Source of the DNA: Candidatus Thorarchaeota archaeon | Lineage (GTDB): Archaea; Asgardarchaeota; Thorarchaeia; Thorarchaeales; Thorarchaeaceae | DNA length: 64,000 bases | Assembly: GCA_019057475.1 (NCBI GenBank) | Contig: DXJO01000008.1 | Coordinates: forward strand, 1-64,000 | Reading direction: 5' to 3' | In this document: positions 37,352 to 45,970 of the stretch, piece after piece | How the letters are laid out: every line of letters starts with the position of its first letter | Numbering within the stretch: the stretch's first letter is position 1 | The notes under the pieces: generated by a model | The model's input: only the letters and a program-made list of their open reading frames with translations | What the model was told of the DNA's origin: nothing | Database searches by the model: none | Made by a program: the position numbers and the translations under genes

Positions 37352-39796
37352 ATGCGTAAGAAGAATGGTGTCAATTGGCTTGTTGTTTTTCTCAGTTTCA
37401 TCCTGTTTCTATTGTGTTTAACACCAGTAGCTGAATTAGATGATACTGACTTGCATTCAACTATGAGTGGTACAGAGCCGTTCAGAAATATACTTCATGG
37501 CGGTATTCCGCATGCCCCCATAGTTATCGATGGGGACACCGACTTCTCTGCTACAGCATCAAATGAGAGCTGGATAGGAGATGGCTCATCAGGAAATCCA
37601 TACATCATCACTGGGTTTGACATCGACCGTGGTGGTGCCGCCGGATCCTGCATAAACATCACCAACACACGAGTGAATTTCACCGTCAGCAACTGCAATC
37701 TCACAAGTGCAAATGTGAATCCGGGTTCGGGGATCTGGTTGAGCAATGTCACTAATGGCAAGATCATCGACAATATCTTCCTAAGTGATTCCTATGCCAT
37801 CCGCCTCATTGATTCTGACAACAACACAATATCAGACAATATATGCGATGCAAACACCTGGGGCATCGCTCTTCATGCTTCTGATAGCAACCTGGTGAAT
37901 AACAACACCTGCAGCAACAACACCGATTATGGCATTTACATCACGTCCTCTAGTTCCAATACTTTAGCTAACAACACCTGCAACAGCAACAGCTATGGCA
38001 TCTTCATCATGTCCTCTAGTTCCAACACATTGGAAAACAACACCTGCAACAGCAACAGCGATCTTGGCATCTACATCACGTCCTCTAGTTCCAACACATT
38101 GGAAAACAACACCTGCTACAGCAACGGCAATTATGGCATCTTCCTTAGATACTCTGATTCCAGCACATTGAAAAACAACACCTGCAGCAGCAACAGCTAT
38201 GGCATCTACTTCCACCAATCAGATTCCAACAACGTGACCAACAACATCTGCAGTAGTAACAGATATGGTATCAGCCTGAAATATTCCTCATCTAACAATA
38301 TCATAGCTGGCAACAACTGCTCACTCAATACCAACAGAGGAATCAATCTTGAATTCGGATCAATACTCAACACAGTGGTGAACAACACCTGCAGCAGCAA
38401 CATCTATGGTATCGTTCTTTTCCGAGCTAATAACAACACCGTTGTGGACAACATGTTCACTGACAATGGTGAAGATGGCATTCATGCTAATGATGCGGAT
38501 TATAATTCATTTACCAACAACACCTGCAACACATGCCGTCAGGGCATCTATATCTTCTCTTTGTCCATCTTCAACACTGTAACCAACAACACCTGCACAA
38601 ACAATGAATGCGGGATCCACATCGGTCCGGGTGCTGACAACAATGACCTCCTGTGGAACGTCTTCGTGAACAACACTGAGAATGCTTTAGACAATGCTTC
38701 GAACAATTTCTTCGACTATAACTACTGGTCAGACTACGCTGGTTATGATGCAGACGAGGATGGTATCGGCGACATTCCTTACTTATTTCTAGGAAATCAA
38801 GACCCACATCCTCTCATGGCTCCCCCAGGTTCACTCCCTTTTTGGTTGGAATCTCCAATCGACCAAGTTATTCTTATTGGTGAAACCTTCCGTTATGATT
38901 TGAATGCTTCAGTATATGGTGGTTTTGATTATTGGTGGATAGATGACACAGTGAACTTTGCTGTCGATCAATCAGGAGTTATTACAAACATCACGTTCTT
39001 GCTTTCAGTAGACTATGGTCTTTGTGTATTTGTTAATGATACAGAGGGCAATATTCTATCGGGCAGTTTTACGGTGATTGTTGAGGATTGGTCTATCCCT
39101 ATTTGGCTCGAAGCGCCTAATGATCAGCTTGTTGAGTGTGGAGTGATGCTACATTATTACCTGAATGCTTCAGACGTTTCTGGATTGGACTATTGGTGGT
39201 TGAATGATACTGTTCGCTTTTCAATTGATGAGGATGGACATGTTACCACAATAGGTATAGTTCCAGTTGGAACCTATGGAGTACAGGTCTGGGTGAATGA
39301 CACGTGGGGAAACACTCTAACTGATGCCTTCACGGTGACTGTAGTCGACACCTTGGCTCCCACTTGGGTTGAACAACCGCAAAATCAGACAATTGAGCAC
39401 GGTACCACCTTCATTTGCGATTTGAATGCTACAGACCCTTCAGGAATTGGAGTGTGGTGGGTTGATGACACTCTTCGGTTCACAGTCGACTGGACCGGGA
39501 GAGTCCGCACAGTAGATATTCTTGCTCCAGGGACTTATGGACTGCGAGTCTACGTCAGTGACATCCATGGAAACACACTGTCGGTGGCCATTCTCGTTGA
39601 GGTGACACCTGCCACTACGACAACAACAACAACTACAACAACAACTACAACAACAACTACAACAACAACTACAACAACGACCACCACTACAACGGCTGAT
39701 GAAATGGATCCGCTCCTTGCGCTTGTTTTGGGTGCAGGAATCGGAGGTGCAGCTGTGGTCGTCATTATCATTGTATATCTAAGGAAGCGGTCGTGA
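37352..39796 (+). CDS. Surface protein: NosD/right-handed beta-helix, three cadherin-like repeats, poly-Thr, TM anchor
   Basis: PHAPIVIDGD...GNPYII, NNTC..N.YGI repeats, DYNYWSDY...D.DGIGDIPY, W...P.DQ...YDLNAS repeats. Confidence 0.88.
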   Translation: MRKKNGVNWLVVFLSFILFLLCLTPVAELDDTDLHSTMSGTEPFRNILHGGIPHAPIVIDGDTDFSATASNESWIGDGSSGNPYIITGFDIDRGGAAGSCINITNTRVNFTVSNCNLTSANVNPGSGIWLSNVTNGKIIDNIFLSDSYAIRLIDSDNNTISDNICDANTWGIALHASDSNLVNNNTCSNNTDYGIYITSSSSNTLANNTCNSNSYGIFIMSSSSNTLENNTCNSNSDLGIYITSSSSNTLENNTCYSNGNYGIFLRYSDSSTLKNNTCSSNSYGIYFHQSDSNNVTNNICSSNRYGISLKYSSSNNIIAGNNCSLNTNRGINLEFGSILNTVVNNTCSSNIYGIVLFRANNNTVVDNMFTDNGEDGIHANDADYNSFTNNTCNTCRQGIYIFSLSIFNTVTNNTCTNNECGIHIGPGADNNDLLWNVFVNNTENALDNASNNFFDYNYWSDYAGYDADEDGIGDIPYLFLGNQDPHPLMAPPGSLPFWLESPIDQVILIGETFRYDLNASVYGGFDYWWIDDTVNFAVDQSGVITNITFLLSVDYGLCVFVNDTEGNILSGSFTVIVEDWSIPIWLEAPNDQLVECGVMLHYYLNASDVSGLDYWWLNDTVRFSIDEDGHVTTIGIVPVGTYGVQVWVNDTWGNTLTDAFTVTVVDTLAPTWVEQPQNQTIEHGTTFICDLNATDPSGIGVWWVDDTLRFTVDWTGRVRTVDILAPGTYGLRVYVSDIHGNTLSVAILVEVTPATTTTTTTTTTTTTTTTTTTTTTTTTTTADEMDPLLALVLGAGIGGAAVVVIIIVYLRKRS
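37897..38205 (+). repeat. Near-identical 66-69 bp tandem coding repeats (beta-helix coils)
   Basis: Repeated AACAACACCTGC...GGCAT...TCCTCTAGTTCCAACACATTGGAA. Confidence 0.8.
39614..39694 (+). repeat. ACN microsatellite encoding 27 consecutive Thr
   Basis: (ACAACAACAACT)n core. Confidence 0.95.
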
Positions 39797-39888
39797 CATC
39801 TACAGCAGCTTTCTAAATGGCAAAAACAGTCGCGGCAAATGTGCGTCGGGAAAGCCTGGGACTTTCCTTCGATGAGATGCATTAGTCC

Positions 39889-39921
39889 AAAAAAGAAGGG
39901 GTGGCCCCCCGAAGGGGGCAC
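39889..39921 (-). terminator. Hairpin + U-tract terminator-like element
   Basis: Minus-strand RNA GUGCCCCC-UUCG-GGGGGC...CUUCUUUUUU (cUUCGg tetraloop). Confidence 0.7.
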
Positions 39922-39923
39922 AA

Positions 39924-40153
39924 TTAGAATCTGCTTTCGTCGTTTAATCACTATGATATTACAACAACAGCTAATCCAAGTCCACCCAGAATGACTATGG
40001 TCATTGGGATCTCTTGTACTCCATCAGGACCTGTCGTCGTCGGTGTTGTGTCAGTTGGTGTTGCTGGTTCAGTGACTACTTCCTCTAGTACTGTCACAAT
40101 GACAGTATCAGAAACGCTGTTTCCTCCCGCATCTGTTACAATTATGGTGAAGC
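39924..40153 (-). pseudogene. 3' fragment of a membrane-anchored surface protein
   Basis: FTIIVTDAGGNSVSDTVIVTVLEEVVTEPATPTDTTPTTTGPDG...IVILGGLGLAVVVI, then a frameshift before IKRRKQ; no upstream gene body. Confidence 0.75.
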
Positions 40154-40301
40154 TGCAAATTGGATTTTATTGTTGACGAAATCATTCAACTATCATTTAA
40201 TTTTTAGAATATACAAAAAAAAATCATTAAAAAGACAAAGATATCGCTAAAAGACTTCGATATGGATTGCTAAATTAGAGTCTGCTTCCTCACGATATTC
40301 C

Positions 40302-40937
40302 CTATTCTTGTGAATGGTCCAGAAATGTCACTACTTTATCAAGCAGATAGCATGGTGTCTTACTCAGCGACTTGCTGATATTCCCCTTTGAAGTCTTTAC
40401 AGCTTCCGCAATCTCGGAAATTCGTTTTTTCTCCCAAATGTAATAAAAGCAATGTCGCAATTGTGCTGGACTTAGACCCAAAAGAGTCGTGAGAAAGAGG
40501 ATAGAATTGATCACAGCATTGGTTTCATTGCTTGAGGTCTTCTTGTCAAGTTTAAAACCTACAAGGCTTTTCATGTATTTTGCCCGTTTTATCTCATCTA
40601 TGGCTTGTCTTGCATTCCAGAAGACCGGTCCATCACACTCATCTGCGCTCTCATTGTGGACTATGACCTTTCCTGTCCCAAGTCCAACTCGCAAGTCAAA
40701 GTTCTCCATTAGAAGACTATGAAAGACAAATATAATTGGAAGCCAATTGGTGACCAGCAGCTCGACACTATCGCCTTGGGTGAGAGTGGGGATGGCTGGA
40801 CAGTATTCTTTGAAGCGATCATATGCTTTGAGCAACAGATTCCGTATCTCTCTATCCATTTTTTTCCTATCGCGAGCAGTGACCTCTCTTGATGCCACGA
40901 TGTCAATAACGGCAGCAATCATTGCCAACTCACCCAA
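40302..40937 (-). CDS. SatD-family protein (nucleotidyl-cyclase-like fold + C-terminal HTH)
   Basis: DIVASR, TQGD, LRVGLGTG, DGPVFWNAR.AID; ISEIAEAVKTSKGNISKSL. Confidence 0.8.
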   Translation of the reverse strand: MGELAMIAAVIDIVASREVTARDRKKMDREIRNLLLKAYDRFKEYCPAIPTLTQGDSVELLVTNWLPIIFVFHSLLMENFDLRVGLGTGKVIVHNESADECDGPVFWNARQAIDEIKRAKYMKSLVGFKLDKKTSSNETNAVINSILFLTTLLGLSPAQLRHCFYYIWEKKRISEIAEAVKTSKGNISKSLSKTPCYLLDKVVTFLDHSQE

Positions 40938-41421
40938 TTAGCAGAAATCTGAAGATTCCCCATGTCAACGCCAGAGCCATGCCAATGCTCATGAGCGTGC
41001 CTAGAATATACCAGTCGGCACAGGCACGATCATTTGTTTCCTTGCTCGAATACCGGAAAATCGCTTTTCCAGCAACAATAACCGAGAGAAAGCTAAGAAT
41101 TGACGCATATGATAACGCACTGTCATAGTAAGTGATCATAAGGGACAGAAAGACCAAACTCCTCTCTGTATATCCAATGAGATAGCCTCCGGATGGCAAG
41201 CCGCCGCAGAGAATCCCAATGTCATCCTCACTCCCTTCTCCAAGCTGTGCAAAAACCAAATCAATAAGCAAGCCTGGCAAGAATAGGGTCAATAGGTAGC
41301 CAAAGAGAATTGTGAAGAACTGAACATACAAAGTGGGTATTGGAACGACCTGTATTAGATACAGAGCAATGATGCTGGTCAGTATTATTAGCAGCCCGAG
41401 AATTCTTAGAAGCCTCTTCAT
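40930..41421 (-). CDS. DUF3307-like membrane protein, SatD partner
   Basis: GGYLIGYTERSL, AGKAIFRY, ADWYILGTLMS; multiple TMs; overlaps the satD start. Confidence 0.75.
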   Translation of the reverse strand: MKRLLRILGLLIILTSIIALYLIQVVPIPTLYVQFFTILFGYLLTLFLPGLLIDLVFAQLGEGSEDDIGILCGGLPSGGYLIGYTERSLVFLSLMITYYDSALSYASILSFLSVIVAGKAIFRYSSKETNDRACADWYILGTLMSIGMALALTWGIFRFLLIG

Positions 41422-41463
41422 TGGAACACCACGTACAAGTATGAGATTAAATCCTCATAATAA

Positions 41464-41540
41464 GTTTACCATTATCATTAACAATGGACATTGTTCACCA
41501 AATTCGTTAACAATAAGTTATGTTTACTAATACGGTTGAA
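41464..41540. promoter_or_regulatory. Three imperfect repeats at exact 29-bp period upstream of the DUF3307-satD operon
   Basis: GTTTAC-CATTATCA-TTAAC (41464), GTTCAC-CAAATTCG-TTAAC (41493), GTTTAC-TAATACGG-TTGAA (41522). Confidence 0.55.
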
Positions 41541-41650
41541 ATTATCGCGGCTGTGTTCTAAACCACAATAGGTGCCTTAGAAAACGTGCCATTCGACTTT
41601 TATCCTAAATGTCATATTACTCTGTATAGCTCTGTAAGAAACATGAATGA

Positions 41651-43183
41651 GTGTGCCTTCTTGTGAGAGTCAAAACAGCTCTGCTCCTGTTCCTCCTATC
41701 TATGTCGTTTTCAGTCATAATAGCTTCTGATGCATCTGCAGCCGCTACGACCGATGTTCTTCCTGTTACGGTCATTGACATAAGCAGCGATATTCCAACG
41801 TACTACGCTGTAGATATTCCTTGGTTCGAACAAGAAACGCCGGGTAGTTGTGGTGCGGCAGCTCTGAGGACTGCTTTTGGACAGCTAGGCGACCATCTGA
41901 TTGAAGGCGAGATACGAACAGCGGCACAGACCACTAGTACAACCACGCTCTCAGGCGACATGATTAGGGCTGCACATTTCAGCAATGCAAGTGAGGAGGG
42001 TAGTGGTACTCCGATACAGGGATACACGGGAAAGCCATTTGGGACAGACTCTTATGAAATTGCATTTTATGTCGGTACTCCAAGTGGTAAAACTGCGGCG
42101 AATGAGTTCCTCAAACAGCGTCTATTGGAGGGTAAACCTGTAATCCTCTTGATGTCATATGGTTCAGGAGGCAGTTCGGGACACTACCGCGTTCTGAGAG
42201 GCTACGATGACCGCAAAGGGACCGTCATATTTACGGACTCATTAGGATCCCACCCTGTTTCGGGGTCTCAGTGGACTGTTCATTCAGACACGCTGTATGC
42301 AAACTTCTGGGACTACTCAGGTTGTTGGGCACAAATCATCAGCCCCTGGAGCATATCATTGACTCCTGCTGAGAGTCCAACTCCTGGAGGCGATTTCCAG
42401 CTGGACGCACTCATTGACTCAGGAGTTCCAAGTAGCGGCAGGTCTGCTCCGTGGAGTCTTCAGAATGCCTCGATTAGTCTTGAGCTCCCAGAGGGCTACT
42501 CCTTGTCAAGCGGCACTGGGAATACCGTATTCGGATTCAATTCATCTGGTCAAGCCTTGGTATCATGGCAGATCCAAGTACCATTGACAATTGAGAACAC
42601 CGACATGATCACTGCAGGCGTCACCGGATGGATTAATGGCACTGGGACTCATCCATGGCAGGTCAAACCATACGGCTATTGTGATGTTGTCTATCATGAA
42701 ACAAATCTGAACCTGACAGATTGGAGTCCACCTGAGATGGCCGAATTTGTAGTGTCATCAGATGATGAAGGGGTATTGACAGTGAATGCCTCATTGACTG
42801 ACGACGGGTCTCTACAGAATGTTAGGCTTCACTGGCGGATGTCAGCAACGAACTGGACAGTCGCTAACATGCAGTATGTCGATGGGTCAACGTGGCAAAC
42901 TAGGGGAATTGCTCCTATTAATCCCTCAGGAGATGAGGTACTTCAATTCCAGGTCCATGCTGACGACGATTCTGGAAATTCACTTGTTAGTTCCATCTAT
43001 GAGTGTGATTATGATTATACTACCGAAACATCCACAACCGGAACTGTCACTGAAACACAGACCACTACAACAGGGCCTACGTCAAGTCCTCCAGAACCTA
43101 TCCCTTTCGAAGTGATGGTTCTTGTGATACTCGGAGCTGTTTCCGTCATCATAATAGTTGTGATAATTCAGAGGCGCCAATAG
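41651..43183 (+). CDS. Membrane-anchored C39-like cysteine peptidase with Ig-like domains
   Basis: QETPGSCGAAAL, GHYRVLRGYD, FTDS (Cys-His-Asp); signal peptide; Thr linker; TM. Confidence 0.85.
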   Translation: MCLLVRVKTALLLFLLSMSFSVIIASDASAAATTDVLPVTVIDISSDIPTYYAVDIPWFEQETPGSCGAAALRTAFGQLGDHLIEGEIRTAAQTTSTTTLSGDMIRAAHFSNASEEGSGTPIQGYTGKPFGTDSYEIAFYVGTPSGKTAANEFLKQRLLEGKPVILLMSYGSGGSSGHYRVLRGYDDRKGTVIFTDSLGSHPVSGSQWTVHSDTLYANFWDYSGCWAQIISPWSISLTPAESPTPGGDFQLDALIDSGVPSSGRSAPWSLQNASISLELPEGYSLSSGTGNTVFGFNSSGQALVSWQIQVPLTIENTDMITAGVTGWINGTGTHPWQVKPYGYCDVVYHETNLNLTDWSPPEMAEFVVSSDDEGVLTVNASLTDDGSLQNVRLHWRMSATNWTVANMQYVDGSTWQTRGIAPINPSGDEVLQFQVHADDDSGNSLVSSIYECDYDYTTETSTTGTVTETQTTTTGPTSSPPEPIPFEVMVLVILGAVSVIIIVVIIQRRQ

Positions 43184-43188
43184 GTCGA

Positions 43189-43350
43189 TTATGACAGCTT
43201 ATCTAGCTCTGAAGCCATCTCATTATGGTCGTAAGCCCATCCACAGATACTTGGATCGAAGAGCCTCTCATAGTCGAAGGGGACAATCCGTGTAGTAGTA
43301 ACTAAGTGCATCGACTTGAAGCAGTCAAAGAAATAGAGCTTCTCAACATC
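43189..43350 (-). pseudogene. Possible 3' gene fragment
   Basis: PFDYERLFDPSICGWAYDHNEMASELDKLS* reads like a protein C-terminus; upstream frame is not protein-like. Confidence 0.3.
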
Positions 43351-43493
43351 TGATTCAGCTAATGAGGACTCGTCAGAGTGTGCAAGGTGGTGACACCAGG
43401 CAGGGGTGGAATACAGGAGTTTCTTGCAGTTGAGGTTCACTCACCATCATATGTAGGAAATGGGTTGTTCTCAAGCCTTATCTACGGGGATAT

Positions 43494-44312
43494 ATGCCGT
43501 CATATCCACCCAATGAACAGGAGAACCAGCATTTGCAGACAATTTGCCTCATGAATGACGATGGCCCGCAAAGTGCAGGTCTGCTGCAGCTAGCGGACGC
43601 CTTGGCCGACTTCGCGAACCTGACTGTGATTGTCCCTGATGGCCAGCGCAGCGGAACCGGGAAGGCTCTGACGTTGGACCGACCAATTAGGATTACAGAG
43701 AGCACTGATTCCGATAACTACAAGCTCATTGTCCATGATGGGCTTCCAGCAGACTCTGTCATAATCGCCCTATCCATGATTGAGAATGTGGATCTGTTCG
43801 TTTCCGGGATAAATGCCGGAGCCAATCTCGGCTATCATCGAATGCTGACTAGTGGAACGGTCGGAGCGGTGTTCGAGGCCGCTCTTCAGGGATATCCTGC
43901 GGTTGCAGTCTCCATGGTTGTTAGCCCGGAATACTGGTTCGCTAACATGAAGAATGACATTGACTTGGAGCAGACTTGCACCATCACAAAAGGTATCATT
44001 GAACGAGTGCTCGATAAGGGCCTACCCCGGGGGATAAGTGCACTGAACGTCAATTTTCCCGCGAAACTGCTCAAGGAGAGCAGGCTGGTTGTTTCAGAGC
44101 CCACTACAGTTGCAGTTTCGAATCGCTTGGAAGAGAGAACCGATCCTTACGGTAGCTCGTACTACTGGATTTGTGGCGGTGAGGTTGAGTCACAAGTTTC
44201 TGGCGATGCCCTTGAGGTCATGGAGCGCGGCAACATCTCAATCTCACCCATTGTGATTGAGGGCGTCAGGAAAGAAGACATGGAGCACCTACGTCAGTTC
44301 TTGGAGGACTGA
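43494..44312 (+). CDS. surE: 5'/3'-nucleotidase SurE
   Basis: NDDG, QRSG, DG.PAD, SGINAGANLG, SGTVGA. Confidence 0.93.
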   Translation: MPSYPPNEQENQHLQTICLMNDDGPQSAGLLQLADALADFANLTVIVPDGQRSGTGKALTLDRPIRITESTDSDNYKLIVHDGLPADSVIIALSMIENVDLFVSGINAGANLGYHRMLTSGTVGAVFEAALQGYPAVAVSMVVSPEYWFANMKNDIDLEQTCTITKGIIERVLDKGLPRGISALNVNFPAKLLKESRLVVSEPTTVAVSNRLEERTDPYGSSYYWICGGEVESQVSGDALEVMERGNISISPIVIEGVRKEDMEHLRQFLED

Positions 44313-44376
44313 AAGGTGACCTTTTATGCGACCTGACCAATCGTCCATCACATCACTTGTGTGAGAGGTCTGTGCG

Positions 44377-45894
44377 GTGGTAGAGCTTACATTCTATGGC
44401 GGAGTGAACGAGATTGGTGGAAACAAGATCCTGTTGAAGGATCAGGACACACGGATATTCCTCGACTTCGGAAAGAGCTTTCAGATTCAAAAAAAGTATT
44501 TCGACAGTTTTCTGAACCCGCGAAAGCTGAACATGATTGACGAGCTGGTGAGTTTTGGTCAAATCCCCAGAATCAAAGGGCTCTATCGTGAGGACTACTT
44601 GAAACACGTTGACCCTAACCATTCTCTCCTCAGCGGTGGAAATGAACCGCCTACCGATGCTGTACTAATAACTCACTCCCACCAAGACCATATCGGGATG
44701 ATCCCATGGCTTCGACCAGACATACATCTTCTTGGGTCGGAAACTACAAAGAACATACTGCAATACTGGCAGGTCACCACTAGTGGCGATGGGAGCGAGT
44801 ATCTTGATTGGTATCCTTCATTCCAGACAAAACCTAGGAAGACCAAGCCCAAGAAGGGACAATCCTCATTCATCCGGGTCAGAACAAAGGCGAAATATCT
44901 GAAGGATGAGAAGAGGACACGCGAGTTCACATGTCTATCACCCCAAAAAACGGTTCAAGTCGGTGACGTAGAGGTCGAGTCATATCCGGTTGACCATAGT
45001 CTACCTGGAGCATATGCCTACATCGTTAAGACAAGCTCAGGAAACATAGGATACACGGGAGACCTACGGTTTCATGGTCATGCCCCGGAGCTGTCAAATC
45101 GGTTTGTCAAGGCCCTTGAGGACACAGACATCAAGGTGCTACTCTGTGAAGGCACAAGGGCGGAAGATAAGAAGAGCTTTGGAGAATCGAAGCTGAAAGA
45201 GAAACTGGCCACTGCTTTTGCTTCGACAAAGGGCCTCATCCTTGTCAACTACCCCGCTCGTGATGTCAGCCGAGTCTCCACCATGTGCAGAGCGGCCGCA
45301 GAATCTGGAAGAACTCTGCTCGTGAGTCCGAAGCAAGCATACTATTTCAGTGTCATTGCAGGCGAAAAGGACTTGCCCGTTCCTTCTGATGATGACTTCC
45401 GTGTTCTATTGCCTCGAAAGGATTGGGGAATCTGGGGCAATCAGAGATTCGATGAACTTCTGTGGGCGCAAGACTACAGATATCCCGACCCAGTGGAGAA
45501 AATTATCTTCGAGGGGTCTGACTTACTAACACCCTCAGACGTAGTAAAATCGCCATCTGAATACGTCGTCACATGCAGTTTCTTCGAGTTTGGCCTTCTG
45601 CACGACCTGAATCCCCAATCAGATACATCCTACATCTGGTCACGTTCAGAACCGTTTGATGAAGAAGGCCAGATTGAGTATGATAGAGTATTGAACTGGC
45701 TGTCGCATTTCGGAATAGACGAGCCTGTCACGATGCACTGCTCCGGACACTTGGCTGGGTCAGAAATCCAAGACCTAATCGAGAGAGCGCAGCCAGAGAT
45801 TGTTGTCCCAATTCATACTGAACGACCTGATCTATTCACTGACTGGCACAAGGACGTGAGAATCCTCGAGCAGAATGACACGCTGTCGCTTTAG
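44377..45894 (+). CDS. Metallo-beta-lactamase/beta-CASP ribonuclease (RNase J-like)
   Basis: GGVNEIGGNK, LDFG, THSHQDH, VDHS, YTGDLR, CEGT, HCSGH, PIHTE. Confidence 0.9.
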   Translation: MVELTFYGGVNEIGGNKILLKDQDTRIFLDFGKSFQIQKKYFDSFLNPRKLNMIDELVSFGQIPRIKGLYREDYLKHVDPNHSLLSGGNEPPTDAVLITHSHQDHIGMIPWLRPDIHLLGSETTKNILQYWQVTTSGDGSEYLDWYPSFQTKPRKTKPKKGQSSFIRVRTKAKYLKDEKRTREFTCLSPQKTVQVGDVEVESYPVDHSLPGAYAYIVKTSSGNIGYTGDLRFHGHAPELSNRFVKALEDTDIKVLLCEGTRAEDKKSFGESKLKEKLATAFASTKGLILVNYPARDVSRVSTMCRAAAESGRTLLVSPKQAYYFSVIAGEKDLPVPSDDDFRVLLPRKDWGIWGNQRFDELLWAQDYRYPDPVEKIIFEGSDLLTPSDVVKSPSEYVVTCSFFEFGLLHDLNPQSDTSYIWSRSEPFDEEGQIEYDRVLNWLSHFGIDEPVTMHCSGHLAGSEIQDLIERAQPEIVVPIHTERPDLFTDWHKDVRILEQNDTLSL

Positions 45895-45970
45895 TATGAA
45901 GATGACCTTACGCGATTCCAGGTGAGAACAGAATGCGCGACCCGGACGAATGCACAGGGAGGTTCGAGCC

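Noticed and set aside
37897-38540. Regular repeats resembling a CRISPR array
   Set aside because: They are in-frame beta-helix coding repeats with no unique spacers, and no cas genes are present
39550-39951. Poly-Val ORF on the minus strand
   Set aside because: It is the antisense of the poly-Thr tract
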